From NCBI GenBank assembly GCA_039811685.1, contig JBDHZC010000003.1, positions 256,001 through 320,000 on the forward strand: a DNA stretch of 64,000 nt. Direction: 5' to 3'. Shown here piece after piece: positions 42,485-51,875 of the stretch. The DNA is from Armatimonadota bacterium (lineage in GTDB: Bacteria > Armatimonadota > UBA5829 > DSUL01). Each line of letters opens with the position of its first letter. Position 1 is the stretch's first letter. The position numbers were made by a program, and so were the translations under genes. The notes beneath the pieces are model-generated. The model was not told the origin of the DNA and searched no databases. It was given only the letters and a program-made list of their open reading frames with translations.

Positions 42485-43630
42485 ATGATAGTAGGACAGA
42501 CAAGAACGACACGCTTGACAGTTTGTTTGGCAGTTGTCACGACGCTGATCTCGGCCGTTGGAGCTTCTGCCAGAGACACGTACGACGTCAATCTACCCGC
42601 AGGCACGGTGATCCCTGTAGTTCTGGATCAAGAACTCGGCTCCGGCTCTTCTCACAAAGGGCAACAGTTCTCTGCGACTGTCAAGACTGACGGTGAGTCA
42701 ACATACAGCGGGCTCCCGGAAGGAACCCAGGTTCAAGGCCATGTGACAGTTGCGCAGCCAAAGGAAGGCGACAATCCCGGAGTGCTGGATCTCTCCTTCG
42801 ATGACATCCGTTTTCCAGACGGTTCCACTTATCGTGTTGACGGCAGCCTTTATTCCCTGGACGCCAAGAGCGTCAAGCGCGACGAAAACGGACGGTTGGT
42901 TGCAAAAACCAGCGGCAAGAAGAGCAAAATGACTTACGTTGGCTACGGAGCAGGGGCTGGCCTGCTAATGGCGCTTTTGTCCAACCACTCTACTTCAAAA
43001 GTCCTGCAGGACGTCATTATTGGCGCCGGTCTGGGCTATCTGGCAGCGGGACTGGATAAGAGCGACCGCAAGCCCCACGACGTGAAGCTGGACTCAGGGT
43101 CCGAGTTCGGAGTCAGACTGGAAAGCCGCTTCGCGACAAACACTGTCAGCGGGCATTCACCAGGCCGATCTGCCAGTCACGCCTCGCAGTCCACAACGGT
43201 GACGCAGGCTGTCTATCAACGGGAAGATAGTACGCCAGTAGTGATGATCGGGGATCAGGCCGTCGAGTTTGGATCTCAGAAGCCTGTCGTCAACAAGGGC
43301 GTAATGATGGTGCCGGTCGCCGATGTGTTGCGCGCTGCTGATGTGCCCTTTGCTTACATGAGTGGCAAAAGCGGGATTGTCACGCGCGGTGACTCCGGGC
43401 GGGCGCAGCTCAAAGTTGGCAGTAGGGTCGTGATACTGGACGGCGGAAAGCGCGTTCGGCTCGATGCGCCGGCACAGAAGATGGCAGGCGAACTCTACGT
43501 GCCGCTGCGTTTCCTGGAAGTGGTAACAAATAGAAAGCTGATATGGGATGCGGCCACCAAGACCGCTATCCTGGAAGACGCCTCTGACTCGGAGTCAAAC
43601 TCAGGCCAGCCTTCGCCGTCATCCACGTGA
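42485..43630 (+). CDS. Secreted protein with a VirB10/TrbI-like beta domain, a glycine-zipper hairpin and a copper amine oxidase N-terminal ('stalk') domain
   Basis: LPAGTVIPVVLDQ, LPEGTQVQGHV, GAGAG...GAGLG, LYVPLRFL...WDAATKTA. Confidence 0.65.
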   Translation: MIVGQTRTTRLTVCLAVVTTLISAVGASARDTYDVNLPAGTVIPVVLDQELGSGSSHKGQQFSATVKTDGESTYSGLPEGTQVQGHVTVAQPKEGDNPGVLDLSFDDIRFPDGSTYRVDGSLYSLDAKSVKRDENGRLVAKTSGKKSKMTYVGYGAGAGLLMALLSNHSTSKVLQDVIIGAGLGYLAAGLDKSDRKPHDVKLDSGSEFGVRLESRFATNTVSGHSPGRSASHASQSTTVTQAVYQREDSTPVVMIGDQAVEFGSQKPVVNKGVMMVPVADVLRAADVPFAYMSGKSGIVTRGDSGRAQLKVGSRVVILDGGKRVRLDAPAQKMAGELYVPLRFLEVVTNRKLIWDAATKTAILEDASDSESNSGQPSPSST

Positions 43631-43663
43631 GGGCCTGGATACAACGCGTCATTAGCTGAGTTC

Positions 43664-43699
43664 ACGCAGAGGATGTCCAGTGTGTGGCGTCCTCTGCGT
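43664..43699. terminator. Hairpin after 42485-43630
   Basis: ACGCAGAGGA...TCCTCTGCGT inverted repeat. Confidence 0.6.
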
Positions 43700-43931
43700 C
43701 TGTATTGCTACTCGCGCAGTCCCTGCCTGCGCTTGTCGGCCTCGTGACCGGAATCAACTGGCATTGCACGCGCGTTGCCGTGTCGGGTCCACTTAGCCCC
43801 GCTTTTTGGACAAATCAGGTATCATTACGGCGTGCAGGCAGATATCCATATCCCGATTGCGCTTCCAGATAAATGCGTTCGCATACGGACTCAACTGGAT
43901 GGCGCGCAGGAGCCACATCAGACAAGCGACT

Positions 43932-45437
43932 ATGTTTGATTTCCAGCCCGGGCTTGTGTTGCCGCAGATCTACCTCGTGTTATTCGGAGTTCTGGCACTG
44001 ATCGTGGGACTGGCCAGCGCGCCTGACGGATGGCTGTGGCACTCCCTCACTCCCGCGGCCATGGCGATTGTCGGGCTGCTTCTTGCTATTGAAGCACAGG
44101 GCGCGCTTCTGTTTGTTGTTCTCCCGAAAGCCCGGACAATGGCGGTAAGCCAGTTTGGGGGCGCCCTGTCTATCGACGCAGCCGGCGCGATGTTTGGGCT
44201 GGTGGCGCTACTGTCAGTCCTGTGGGCTGCGGTTATGTCTCTCGCCGAACTGCAGAACCGTTTCAAAGGGCAGGGACTGTTCTACTGTCTGCTCCTCATT
44301 GTGGCAGCTTCCGCAGTAACCGCACCGTACGCATCAAGCCTTGCTGGCATCTTCCTGTGCGTTACCGCCGTCACATTGACAAGCGCCGCTCTCTTGTCGG
44401 TGCGCGTATCAGGCAATCCGCATCCTCCTCTGCCCTTTGCGCTGCTCTTGTCCGCGATAACTCTGATCGCAGCGCTTGGTGTGGCGGTTACGGTGACTGA
44501 CCGGGTGATGGTCAGCTCCAACATGGCGGACATCGGCGTGCGTCTTCAGCTTGGAAGCTATGAAGCTGGTCCGGTCTTTCGGGCGCTGGTTCTCATTGTG
44601 TCGTGTATCGCTCTGGGTGGACCGTTGTGGCTGCTATTGCCGGGATCCGTCGCGGCGGCGCGACGGACGCAACTCTCAGCTCTTCCGGCGCTGTTCATCG
44701 CGGCGCCCGCGGCTGGAATCGGAATGCTCCTTCGTCTGTTCTCTATGGCGCCTCAGAGCGGAGTGATCTCCATCCGGTTTCTTGTTGCGCTGAGTCTGGG
44801 AGGGGTGGCAGTTGGCTTGTGGCTGGCTTTTCGGGCAAAAACTCTGCGGAGCGTGGTCACAGGACACGCACTGGTGTTGGGGGCGATGTCTCTGGCTGGT
44901 ATCGCAGCCTTTGCGTCAAATCCACGCGTTGTCAGTGCGCTGGCAATTCGTGTGCAACTGATGCATCTGACTGCGGTCTGCATCGGTCTGGCCGCGGCTA
45001 TCACGGTCGTGGTAGTTGCGGAAAGGTTTTCGGGGTCCAGCGCCTTTGAAACGGTAACAGGCTTCACCGGGCGCGTAGGCAGCGTGGCGCTTGGGCTGGT
45101 CATCGGACTGCTGACGCTGGCGGGCCTGCCTCCTACAGTTGGCCTGCCCGGGCGCTTCGAGCTTGTTACCTTCTCTCTGTCCAGCGCAACGCCAGCCGGG
45201 CGCTTGATGGCGTGGACTATTGTGGCGGCCAGTGTGATCTGCTTGTATTATCTCTTTAGAGTTGCGCGACTAGTCTTTTCCCATGACTCCCCTGATACGA
45301 TCAACCACAAGCCTCATCCCGCCGCTGTCAGTCTTCTCTGGATCAGCGTTGCAATCCCGGTATTGTTGTTTGCGCTCAATGGCCCACTTGGTCGCTTTCT
45401 TACCCACCACTCGTGGATGTACTACCGGCTCCGCTAG
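43932..45437 (+). CDS. Orphan, degenerate NuoN/MrpD-like membrane protein
   Basis: Roughly 13-14 hydrophobic segments; LTLAGLPPTVG and YYLFRVAR resemble NuoN; conserved charged residues appear absent. Confidence 0.75.
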   Translation: MFDFQPGLVLPQIYLVLFGVLALIVGLASAPDGWLWHSLTPAAMAIVGLLLAIEAQGALLFVVLPKARTMAVSQFGGALSIDAAGAMFGLVALLSVLWAAVMSLAELQNRFKGQGLFYCLLLIVAASAVTAPYASSLAGIFLCVTAVTLTSAALLSVRVSGNPHPPLPFALLLSAITLIAALGVAVTVTDRVMVSSNMADIGVRLQLGSYEAGPVFRALVLIVSCIALGGPLWLLLPGSVAAARRTQLSALPALFIAAPAAGIGMLLRLFSMAPQSGVISIRFLVALSLGGVAVGLWLAFRAKTLRSVVTGHALVLGAMSLAGIAAFASNPRVVSALAIRVQLMHLTAVCIGLAAAITVVVVAERFSGSSAFETVTGFTGRVGSVALGLVIGLLTLAGLPPTVGLPGRFELVTFSLSSATPAGRLMAWTIVAASVICLYYLFRVARLVFSHDSPDTINHKPHPAAVSLLWISVAIPVLLFALNGPLGRFLTHHSWMYYRLR

Positions 45438-45458
45438 GAGACCGCTGGATCGTCCGCT

Positions 45459-46256
45459 GTGAAGAGCGCTGCGCCCAAACCTGCGTCCCTTGGCTATCTC
45501 ACTCCCGGAGATGACCCGGATCCAACTGGTTTTGAGCGCGCTCAGCAGTTTTACCAACCCGGTGAAAAGCCTCGATTTGTTCAGGGTGTGTTTGACCGTA
45601 TTGCGGGGCGCTATGATCTGCTGAACTCTGTTACGAGTCTGGGAATGCACCACCTGTGGCGCGCGCGGACTGTGAGCCTGGCCAATCTTCGTCCTGGGGA
45701 TACGGCGTTGGACATTGCGTGCGGCACCGGGGACTTTCTGCCGGGCCTGCGTCGAAGGGTGGGGGCGCACGGACGGGTCATCGGTCTTGATTTCAGCCAC
45801 AACATGCTGCTCTTGGCGGCGCAGAAGCTGCGCAGGGGCAGGGTGGAGGCACACCTGATACAGGGGGATGCGGAGCATTTGCCTTTTGAGGCAGAATCCG
45901 TTCAGGCGGTGACCATCGGATTTGCGCTTCGCAACCTGTCCGATGTCGGGGCATGCTTGCGTGAAATACACCGCGTTCTGACGCCTGGTGGCAGGCTGCT
46001 GGCGCTGGAGATTGCCCGCCCGCAGTGGTGGCCGTACCGGCCTCTTTTCCTTTTTTACTTCGAAAGAGTCCTGCCGCGTCTTGCGGCGATGTTTGGAGGC
46101 GAAAAGAAGGCTTACCGGTGGCTGCCCGCATCGCTGGCGGCGTTTTATTCGAGAGACGGGGTGACTGATCTGATGAAGCAGGCAGGTTTCGGCGATGTTC
46201 AGACGCACAACTTCGCTGGCGGCGCGGTCTGCGCGTATGTTGGAGAGAAGCTTTGA
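45459..46256 (+). CDS. menG: Demethylmenaquinone methyltransferase (UbiE/MenG)
   Basis: FDRIAGRYDLLN, LDIACGTGD, GDAEHLPF, IGFALRN. Confidence 0.9.
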   Translation: MKSAAPKPASLGYLTPGDDPDPTGFERAQQFYQPGEKPRFVQGVFDRIAGRYDLLNSVTSLGMHHLWRARTVSLANLRPGDTALDIACGTGDFLPGLRRRVGAHGRVIGLDFSHNMLLLAAQKLRRGRVEAHLIQGDAEHLPFEAESVQAVTIGFALRNLSDVGACLREIHRVLTPGGRLLALEIARPQWWPYRPLFLFYFERVLPRLAAMFGGEKKAYRWLPASLAAFYSRDGVTDLMKQAGFGDVQTHNFAGGAVCAYVGEKL

Positions 46257-47254
46257 GCATTAGCCGATCAACACGGCAAAGCGCTCCGTGGGTGGAGTTC
46301 CTTGAAGGGTCTCTCGCTCAGGTCGAGAGTGTCCTGCACGCCCAGATAGAGTCGCCCATCCGGACGATTAGTTCCGTCTGCGAGCGGTCGTTGAGCAGCG
46401 GTGGGAAGCGTTTCCGCCCGGCGCTTGTTATCCTCGGGGCTCTGGCATCAGATCCGGATGCGGACATCGCGCGGGCGATTCAGCTTGGTTCGGCAATGGA
46501 GTTGCTTCACCTGGCCACTCTGCTGCACGATGACGTCGTTGACAATGCTATGGCGAGGCGGGGCAGTCCCAGCGCAAACGCTCTGTCCGGGAACAAAGTT
46601 GCCATACTTGTGGGAGATTACCTGCTCGCAAAGACGTTCCGGATTCTGGCAGACGACGCGGATCAGTCCGTCATGAACCGTATGTCCACGGTGACTGTTG
46701 CGCTTTCTGAAGGTCAGGTGCTGGAGTTGGTGATGCGCGGCACGCTGGGTGAGCTTGAGTCCCTCTACTGGAAGATGATCGACCGCAAGACCGCAAGGCT
46801 GATCTCCGCGTGCCTTGAAATCGGAGCGATGTCAACTGGAGCCGCTGGCAATATCGTCGAAGCGCTTGGCAGCTTCGGTGAGCGGATGGGATTGGTGTTT
46901 CAAATAACCGACGATATTCTGGATCTCACAGGCAGTTCAGAAGCTCTCGGGAAGCCTGTCGGGGCTGATCTGCTCGACGGCAAGGTGACGCTGCCGTACA
47001 TTCTTGCGCTCAAAGAGGTATCAACGGAAGTCCGCGACAGCCTGCTGAACAAGATATTCGATCGCCAGCTGGGAGCTGACGACATCGCCTATATCACGGA
47101 TGTCGCTTTCAGATCAGGAGTGCCAGACCGCTGCCTGGAGATGGCGCGAGAACAGGTGGAGATAGCTATGCGGCACCTGGGACACATCCCTGTGACTCCG
47201 GCACAGAGCATTCTGGAAGACATAGGTCCGTATCTGTTGCGCCGCTCAGCCTGA
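46253..47254 (+). CDS. Polyprenyl diphosphate synthase
   Basis: GGKRFRP, HDDVVD, FQITDDILD, GKPVGADL. Confidence 0.93.
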   Translation: MSISRSTRQSAPWVEFLEGSLAQVESVLHAQIESPIRTISSVCERSLSSGGKRFRPALVILGALASDPDADIARAIQLGSAMELLHLATLLHDDVVDNAMARRGSPSANALSGNKVAILVGDYLLAKTFRILADDADQSVMNRMSTVTVALSEGQVLELVMRGTLGELESLYWKMIDRKTARLISACLEIGAMSTGAAGNIVEALGSFGERMGLVFQITDDILDLTGSSEALGKPVGADLLDGKVTLPYILALKEVSTEVRDSLLNKIFDRQLGADDIAYITDVAFRSGVPDRCLEMAREQVEIAMRHLGHIPVTPAQSILEDIGPYLLRRSA

Positions 47255-47260
47255 AAGCCG

Positions 47261-48646
47261 TCACGCCGCGGCCAAAGCGTCCACGTAAGGAAGCAGAACC
47301 TCAACTGGACGCGCCACCTTTGTGATACTGAGCAGCCGGTGCCGTGATTCAGCAAGATTGACCACCTGCCCCTGACGCCTGCGAGACCTCGGAGCCACTA
47401 CTTTCACGACCGGTCGCCGCGGGCTTTGTCGCGACCCGCCAACGACGACAGCAAGATCGTCGCTGCTGAGCTTCACAAACGTCCCGATGGGAAACATTCC
47501 GGCGCGGGAAGCGAATCTCGCCAGAAGCTGTCTGTCGTAGCGGTCTTGAGTCTCGTAGAGCATCCATCCGATAGCTTCGTCTGGTGTCCATCTGGTGCGG
47601 TACGGTCGCTCTGTAGTCATCGCGTCATAGGTGTCTGCGATCGTCACGAGGCGGCTCGAGAGGTGCGGCTGATGGTGTCCCAGAGAGGGATACCCCGTTC
47701 CATCCATGTACATATGGTGCTCGAGGGCGACTGTCGCTGAGAGCGAGGGGAGCTCGCGCATCCCCGCCAAGGCTCTTGCCCCGGCCACCGGGTGCTTGCG
47801 CATTTCCATCCACTCTTCTTCAGTCAGTTTGCCAGGTTTCTTGACGACCTCGCTGGGGACAAATACTTTTCCGACATCGTGTAGAAGTGCGGCTATCCCC
47901 AAATCCATCACTTCTTCCACCGTCAGTCCAAGATCGCGGCCGAGCATCATGGAGAAGATGCACACATTGACGCTGTGTTCGGAGAGATAGCGGTCGTAGC
48001 TTCGAATCGCGGCCAGAGCAAGCAGCGCGGTCTCGTCCGTCATCAGGGAGTGCAGAGAATCTGTGACTGCAGATCGGATGTCTGCCACAGGAAGAGGCAT
48101 GCCCGTGGCCACAGCCTCCATAGCTTCTTCCGCCAGGACCAAAGCTCCATTGTACACCTGCGCGGCAGCCGGCCCCTCAGCTGTTTGCGTTTCGTCAGTT
48201 TCGCGTAGAGCTTTGACATTCGTGACGCCACGAGATTTTAGAAATGTGTCTGAGCCCCCATGCAGTGCCAGTGTTTCCGCACTCATGCTCAGAGCTTCAG
48301 CAAAGACGTCGATGTCCGGTACGCTCACGCCAGCGCTAAAAAGCACCTCGCCGATCTGGCGTTCGTGCAACAGTTCCAGGAAAGATTGCAGGCAGCCCGT
48401 GGGGTCTTCCACCGGGAAGGAGTCCAGCGCAAGATAGCGCTCTGTGACAACCACAGAGATGACAGGGTTGGACGCGAGAGCCTGCAGGAGGCTCTCCTGC
48501 GCGGCATTGACCATTTCCTCAACGATCGGATGCGCCCGGCCATAAAGACCGAGACTTCTTACATAGACGCTCACTTTCGCAAGCGCCTCTGAGACGCTGA
48601 TTCGCATGGCGTCCTTCGGGTTTGGTGTGCTCATTTCAGCGGACAA
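47261..48646 (-). CDS. HD-GYP cyclic dinucleotide phosphodiesterase
   Basis: HSVNV, LLHDVGK, HP..G, EHH..DGTGYP, IADTYDAMTTERPYR. Confidence 0.92.
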   Translation of the reverse strand: MSAEMSTPNPKDAMRISVSEALAKVSVYVRSLGLYGRAHPIVEEMVNAAQESLLQALASNPVISVVVTERYLALDSFPVEDPTGCLQSFLELLHERQIGEVLFSAGVSVPDIDVFAEALSMSAETLALHGGSDTFLKSRGVTNVKALRETDETQTAEGPAAAQVYNGALVLAEEAMEAVATGMPLPVADIRSAVTDSLHSLMTDETALLALAAIRSYDRYLSEHSVNVCIFSMMLGRDLGLTVEEVMDLGIAALLHDVGKVFVPSEVVKKPGKLTEEEWMEMRKHPVAGARALAGMRELPSLSATVALEHHMYMDGTGYPSLGHHQPHLSSRLVTIADTYDAMTTERPYRTRWTPDEAIGWMLYETQDRYDRQLLARFASRAGMFPIGTFVKLSSDDLAVVVGGSRQSPRRPVVKVVAPRSRRRQGQVVNLAESRHRLLSITKVARPVEVLLPYVDALAAA

Positions 48647-48667
48647 CGTGATCCTCGCGCTTTCTGT

Positions 48668-50617
48668 CTAGGCGGCCTTGTCTATTCTGTCGGCGGGGTG
48701 CGCCAGTGCGGCAAGCGCCTGCTGAGCGGCCTGCCTCACGAACTCATAACGCCTGCGCCCAAGCAGCGCACGGCGCTCTACAACCTGTTGCAGGAGATTG
48801 TGCGCCTCTTCGCCTCCAATCGCTCCCAGGCAGTGGCACGCGGCGATCTTCTCCTGGTCTGTAGGCCCCCTGAAGAGCCCTTGAGCCAGAAACGGAGCTA
48901 TCGCTGAAACGACACCGTTGTTGCCGTCTCTGCCGAGTGCCTCAAGCGCCGCGCACCTTACCAAGACCGAAGAACTCTGAAGCGCTTCCAGGCAAAGGAA
49001 GTTGACAGTGGAGATATCTATGGATGGTTTTGCAGCTACCCAGTGCAGGACAAAGAGTGGGTCGGTGCCTCGTAGCACATCCAGGACTTCCTGTCGCGCA
49101 GATGGAGACGGCATGTCCAGCAAGATTTGAAACGCGAGGTCACGCGAAGACCCATGCGCTGTACGCACCAGTTTGCCCAGGTCTGGAACAACGGACTCCC
49201 CTGTGCTGACCAGGGCTTTTTTCAGGCTGTCGGTCAGGAACTCCGCCGATGGGTTGCCGAGCAGGTGCAAAAGATTACCGGCGATTTCAGGATAGTGCTG
49301 TAGCAGGGCGCGTGCGACTTCCAGCCCCTGGTAGCTGCGTTCGTTGATTCCGCCTTCAATAATGCTGCAAAGAATGTCGGAGTCGATGGACCGGATGGCA
49401 GTACGGGTATTGATTGTACGCCAGTGTGATTCGCTGCTTGGCCCGCCATTTGAGAGCAGGGATTGTATGACGTCCAGCGCCAGTTTCGCTCCACCTGTCT
49501 CAAGCGCGGGACGGATGAGCCCCGCGAGTGTCTCGGCAATCGTCGCGTGCTCCGTCGCATTTCGCTCCAGGCTTAGCAGGTGGGAGAAGGTATTCGCGGA
49601 GGCCGCCAGGTGGCTGGCTGGCTTTCGCTCCCTATCCCACGCGGCGGGCAATCCTTCGAGTTGTAAATCGAAGAAGCATTCGAGTGCGAGAGGGTCTGGG
49701 GCAGCCCCTTCCGCTACGCTGTTGAGTGCCTGACTGATCTGTTCTTCTACGTCACAGACAAGGACTTCTGCGCCCCCCTCAGATGTTTGAAATGCCTCGA
49801 TCTCTGCAAAATGTGGCCGCAACGCACAGGTGACAGGGCGTAGATCTTCTGGCAAGCTGGCTACAGTGCGTCTCAGTTCTGGGAGGGCGGAGTCCCAGTC
49901 TTGAGGGTCTTGCCTCGCCAGGTCCTTCAGATGCGCAATGACACGCTCGACACCTTCAGCCGGGATTCCGGCGCGGTTGTCATTTTGAAGAGCCTCTACG
50001 GCGCCAGTGATGAGTGCGAGGCCTTTGTCAGGGTCCGAAAAAATGGAAGTCAGCGATTTGAAGTCCTGCCATTCCTGATCGTCGGCCTGTGCCAGACGGC
50101 TTACAACTGCTGCTACCGCTGCGTCTACGGTGTTGACGGAGCCGAAGTCTTGATGCTCGAAATTGCCGTCCTGTTCGGCTGTCCCCTCGGCTCCCGACGC
50201 ATAGATGGCTGGTGTCAGAGTGAGGGATGCGACAGACGCTTGTCCCATCCAGGCAGCAGGCCCGCCAGCGAGCCGTATCTCAGCAGGAGAGGTATTCAGA
50301 AAGTCGAGGAAGGCCTGGATCTCTCGATCTTCAAGAGCGCTGCTCGCTGTAAAGCCCATGCATCCACGCTCTCGGAGACGATCGCTTAGCCTGACGGCTT
50401 CTGGCGTCAGTTCCAGTATCGCCGTATTCACGATGACCTGATCGTTGCTGAAGAGGCAGGCTGTCTGAGTAGTCTCAGACAGGAGTGTTTGAAAGACCGC
50501 GGTCAAAGCCCCGAACGCCTCCAGTGTGTTCGGGTGGTCGCGGCCATACAAAGCCGACTGTCTCTGGGCGGTGGAGATAGCTTTCCAAAGGTCTGTGGGA
50601 AGAGCTGGGTCTGTCAT
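48668..50617 (-). CDS. HEAT-repeat protein whose N-terminal domain is shared with the HD-GYP neighbour
   Basis: LYGRDHP N-terminal motif; VRCAALEALG and AACHCLGAIG repeats. Confidence 0.75.
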   Translation of the reverse strand: MTDPALPTDLWKAISTAQRQSALYGRDHPNTLEAFGALTAVFQTLLSETTQTACLFSNDQVIVNTAILELTPEAVRLSDRLRERGCMGFTASSALEDREIQAFLDFLNTSPAEIRLAGGPAAWMGQASVASLTLTPAIYASGAEGTAEQDGNFEHQDFGSVNTVDAAVAAVVSRLAQADDQEWQDFKSLTSIFSDPDKGLALITGAVEALQNDNRAGIPAEGVERVIAHLKDLARQDPQDWDSALPELRRTVASLPEDLRPVTCALRPHFAEIEAFQTSEGGAEVLVCDVEEQISQALNSVAEGAAPDPLALECFFDLQLEGLPAAWDRERKPASHLAASANTFSHLLSLERNATEHATIAETLAGLIRPALETGGAKLALDVIQSLLSNGGPSSESHWRTINTRTAIRSIDSDILCSIIEGGINERSYQGLEVARALLQHYPEIAGNLLHLLGNPSAEFLTDSLKKALVSTGESVVPDLGKLVRTAHGSSRDLAFQILLDMPSPSARQEVLDVLRGTDPLFVLHWVAAKPSIDISTVNFLCLEALQSSSVLVRCAALEALGRDGNNGVVSAIAPFLAQGLFRGPTDQEKIAACHCLGAIGGEEAHNLLQQVVERRALLGRRRYEFVRQAAQQALAALAHPADRIDKAA

Positions 50618-50759
50618 AGCCAATCCGTTGCGAAGGATTGAGAGGATCTGTAAACGTTCTCACATCCTCATCTCGCACACTGGATTGTTCCACATCTTGC
50701 GCGGTTAATGATAATTAGACGCGATAAATCTACCCGCTCTGCCTCACGCTCGCAAGGAT

Positions 50760-51803
50760 TTAGCGTTCAGGGCCGATCTCGCTGTAAATCTCATCCAGTC
50801 GCACCGCGCGTCCCTGCTCCGCGCTGCGGTCGAGAGCGTAGCAAACGGCATGGGTTCTGGCTGCATTATTCAGACTGACCGGAGACTCCGAACCGTTTGC
50901 AACGCAGTCCACAAAATGCGATATCTCACCGTCGAAAGGATGGTGCGTCACGTCTCCAGAGTCGGGGCGTACTGTTGGCACACTCACCCAGTCTGTGGCG
51001 CCTGCAAGAAACTCCCGGGCGAAGATGCGGTTGTCCCGGATCGCGCCCTTGTCGCCAAGTAGATCGACGTTGAAGGCGTACGGGCACTTCACATCGAAGA
51101 CGCTGGACACTTTGCCGATAGCCCCCTGCTTGAACTTTATAATTCCAACGCAGTTGGTGGGGTACTCGTAGTCCGGATTGATCTGGTTGGCGTAGGCGGT
51201 CACCTCGTCGGGTTCATCGTCCGTAAACCACCGGATGGCGTCAACTGCATGACAGCCGGCCGACAGAAACGTGCTTCCCGCAACACTCTTCTTGATGTTC
51301 CAGCGGTACTGTGCGTACTGCGGCCCGATCTCGTGCCAGTAGTCAACCTCTGCATAGAACACTCTGCCAATAGCCTGCTCATCAAGCATACGCCTGATCC
51401 AGAGAAACTCCGGATTCCAGTGCAGAACAAAGCTGACTACTGTCCTGACGCCCGCCGCGTTGACTACGCGAAGCATCTGGCCGAGAGATTCCGGATCATT
51501 AGCGGCCGCTTTCTCGATCAGGATGTGCTTGCCAGCTTCAGCCGCCTGGATGGTCTGTTCAGGGTGCTTGTTGGGCGGGGAACAGATGGAAACTGCGTCC
51601 ACGCGCGGATCGGACAGCATCTCTTCAAAGCTGTCATAAATCTGTGCGTCATCGATGCCGGCTTCCTCGGCCTTTGCCTGTGCGCCTTCACGCGTGCGGC
51701 TCGTCATGGCGACTACTCGCGACTGCGCGTTCTTCTGAAACGCCTTGATGTGTTCGCCCGCAACCCAGCCAGTGCCCACAATTCCTACGCCGATATCTGC
51801 CAT
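50760..51803 (-). CDS. Gfo/Idh/MocA oxidoreductase
   Basis: GIVGTGWVA, GKHILIEK, AGCHAVD. Confidence 0.9.
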   Translation of the reverse strand: MADIGVGIVGTGWVAGEHIKAFQKNAQSRVVAMTSRTREGAQAKAEEAGIDDAQIYDSFEEMLSDPRVDAVSICSPPNKHPEQTIQAAEAGKHILIEKAAANDPESLGQMLRVVNAAGVRTVVSFVLHWNPEFLWIRRMLDEQAIGRVFYAEVDYWHEIGPQYAQYRWNIKKSVAGSTFLSAGCHAVDAIRWFTDDEPDEVTAYANQINPDYEYPTNCVGIIKFKQGAIGKVSSVFDVKCPYAFNVDLLGDKGAIRDNRIFAREFLAGATDWVSVPTVRPDSGDVTHHPFDGEISHFVDCVANGSESPVSLNNAARTHAVCYALDRSAEQGRAVRLDEIYSEIGPER

Positions 51804-51875
51804 CTTTGACTGCCCCCCATTGGTGGAATGAACTGAGGTTATGCAGGTTCTGGAAAAGTCCTGCATTTTCTGGTG

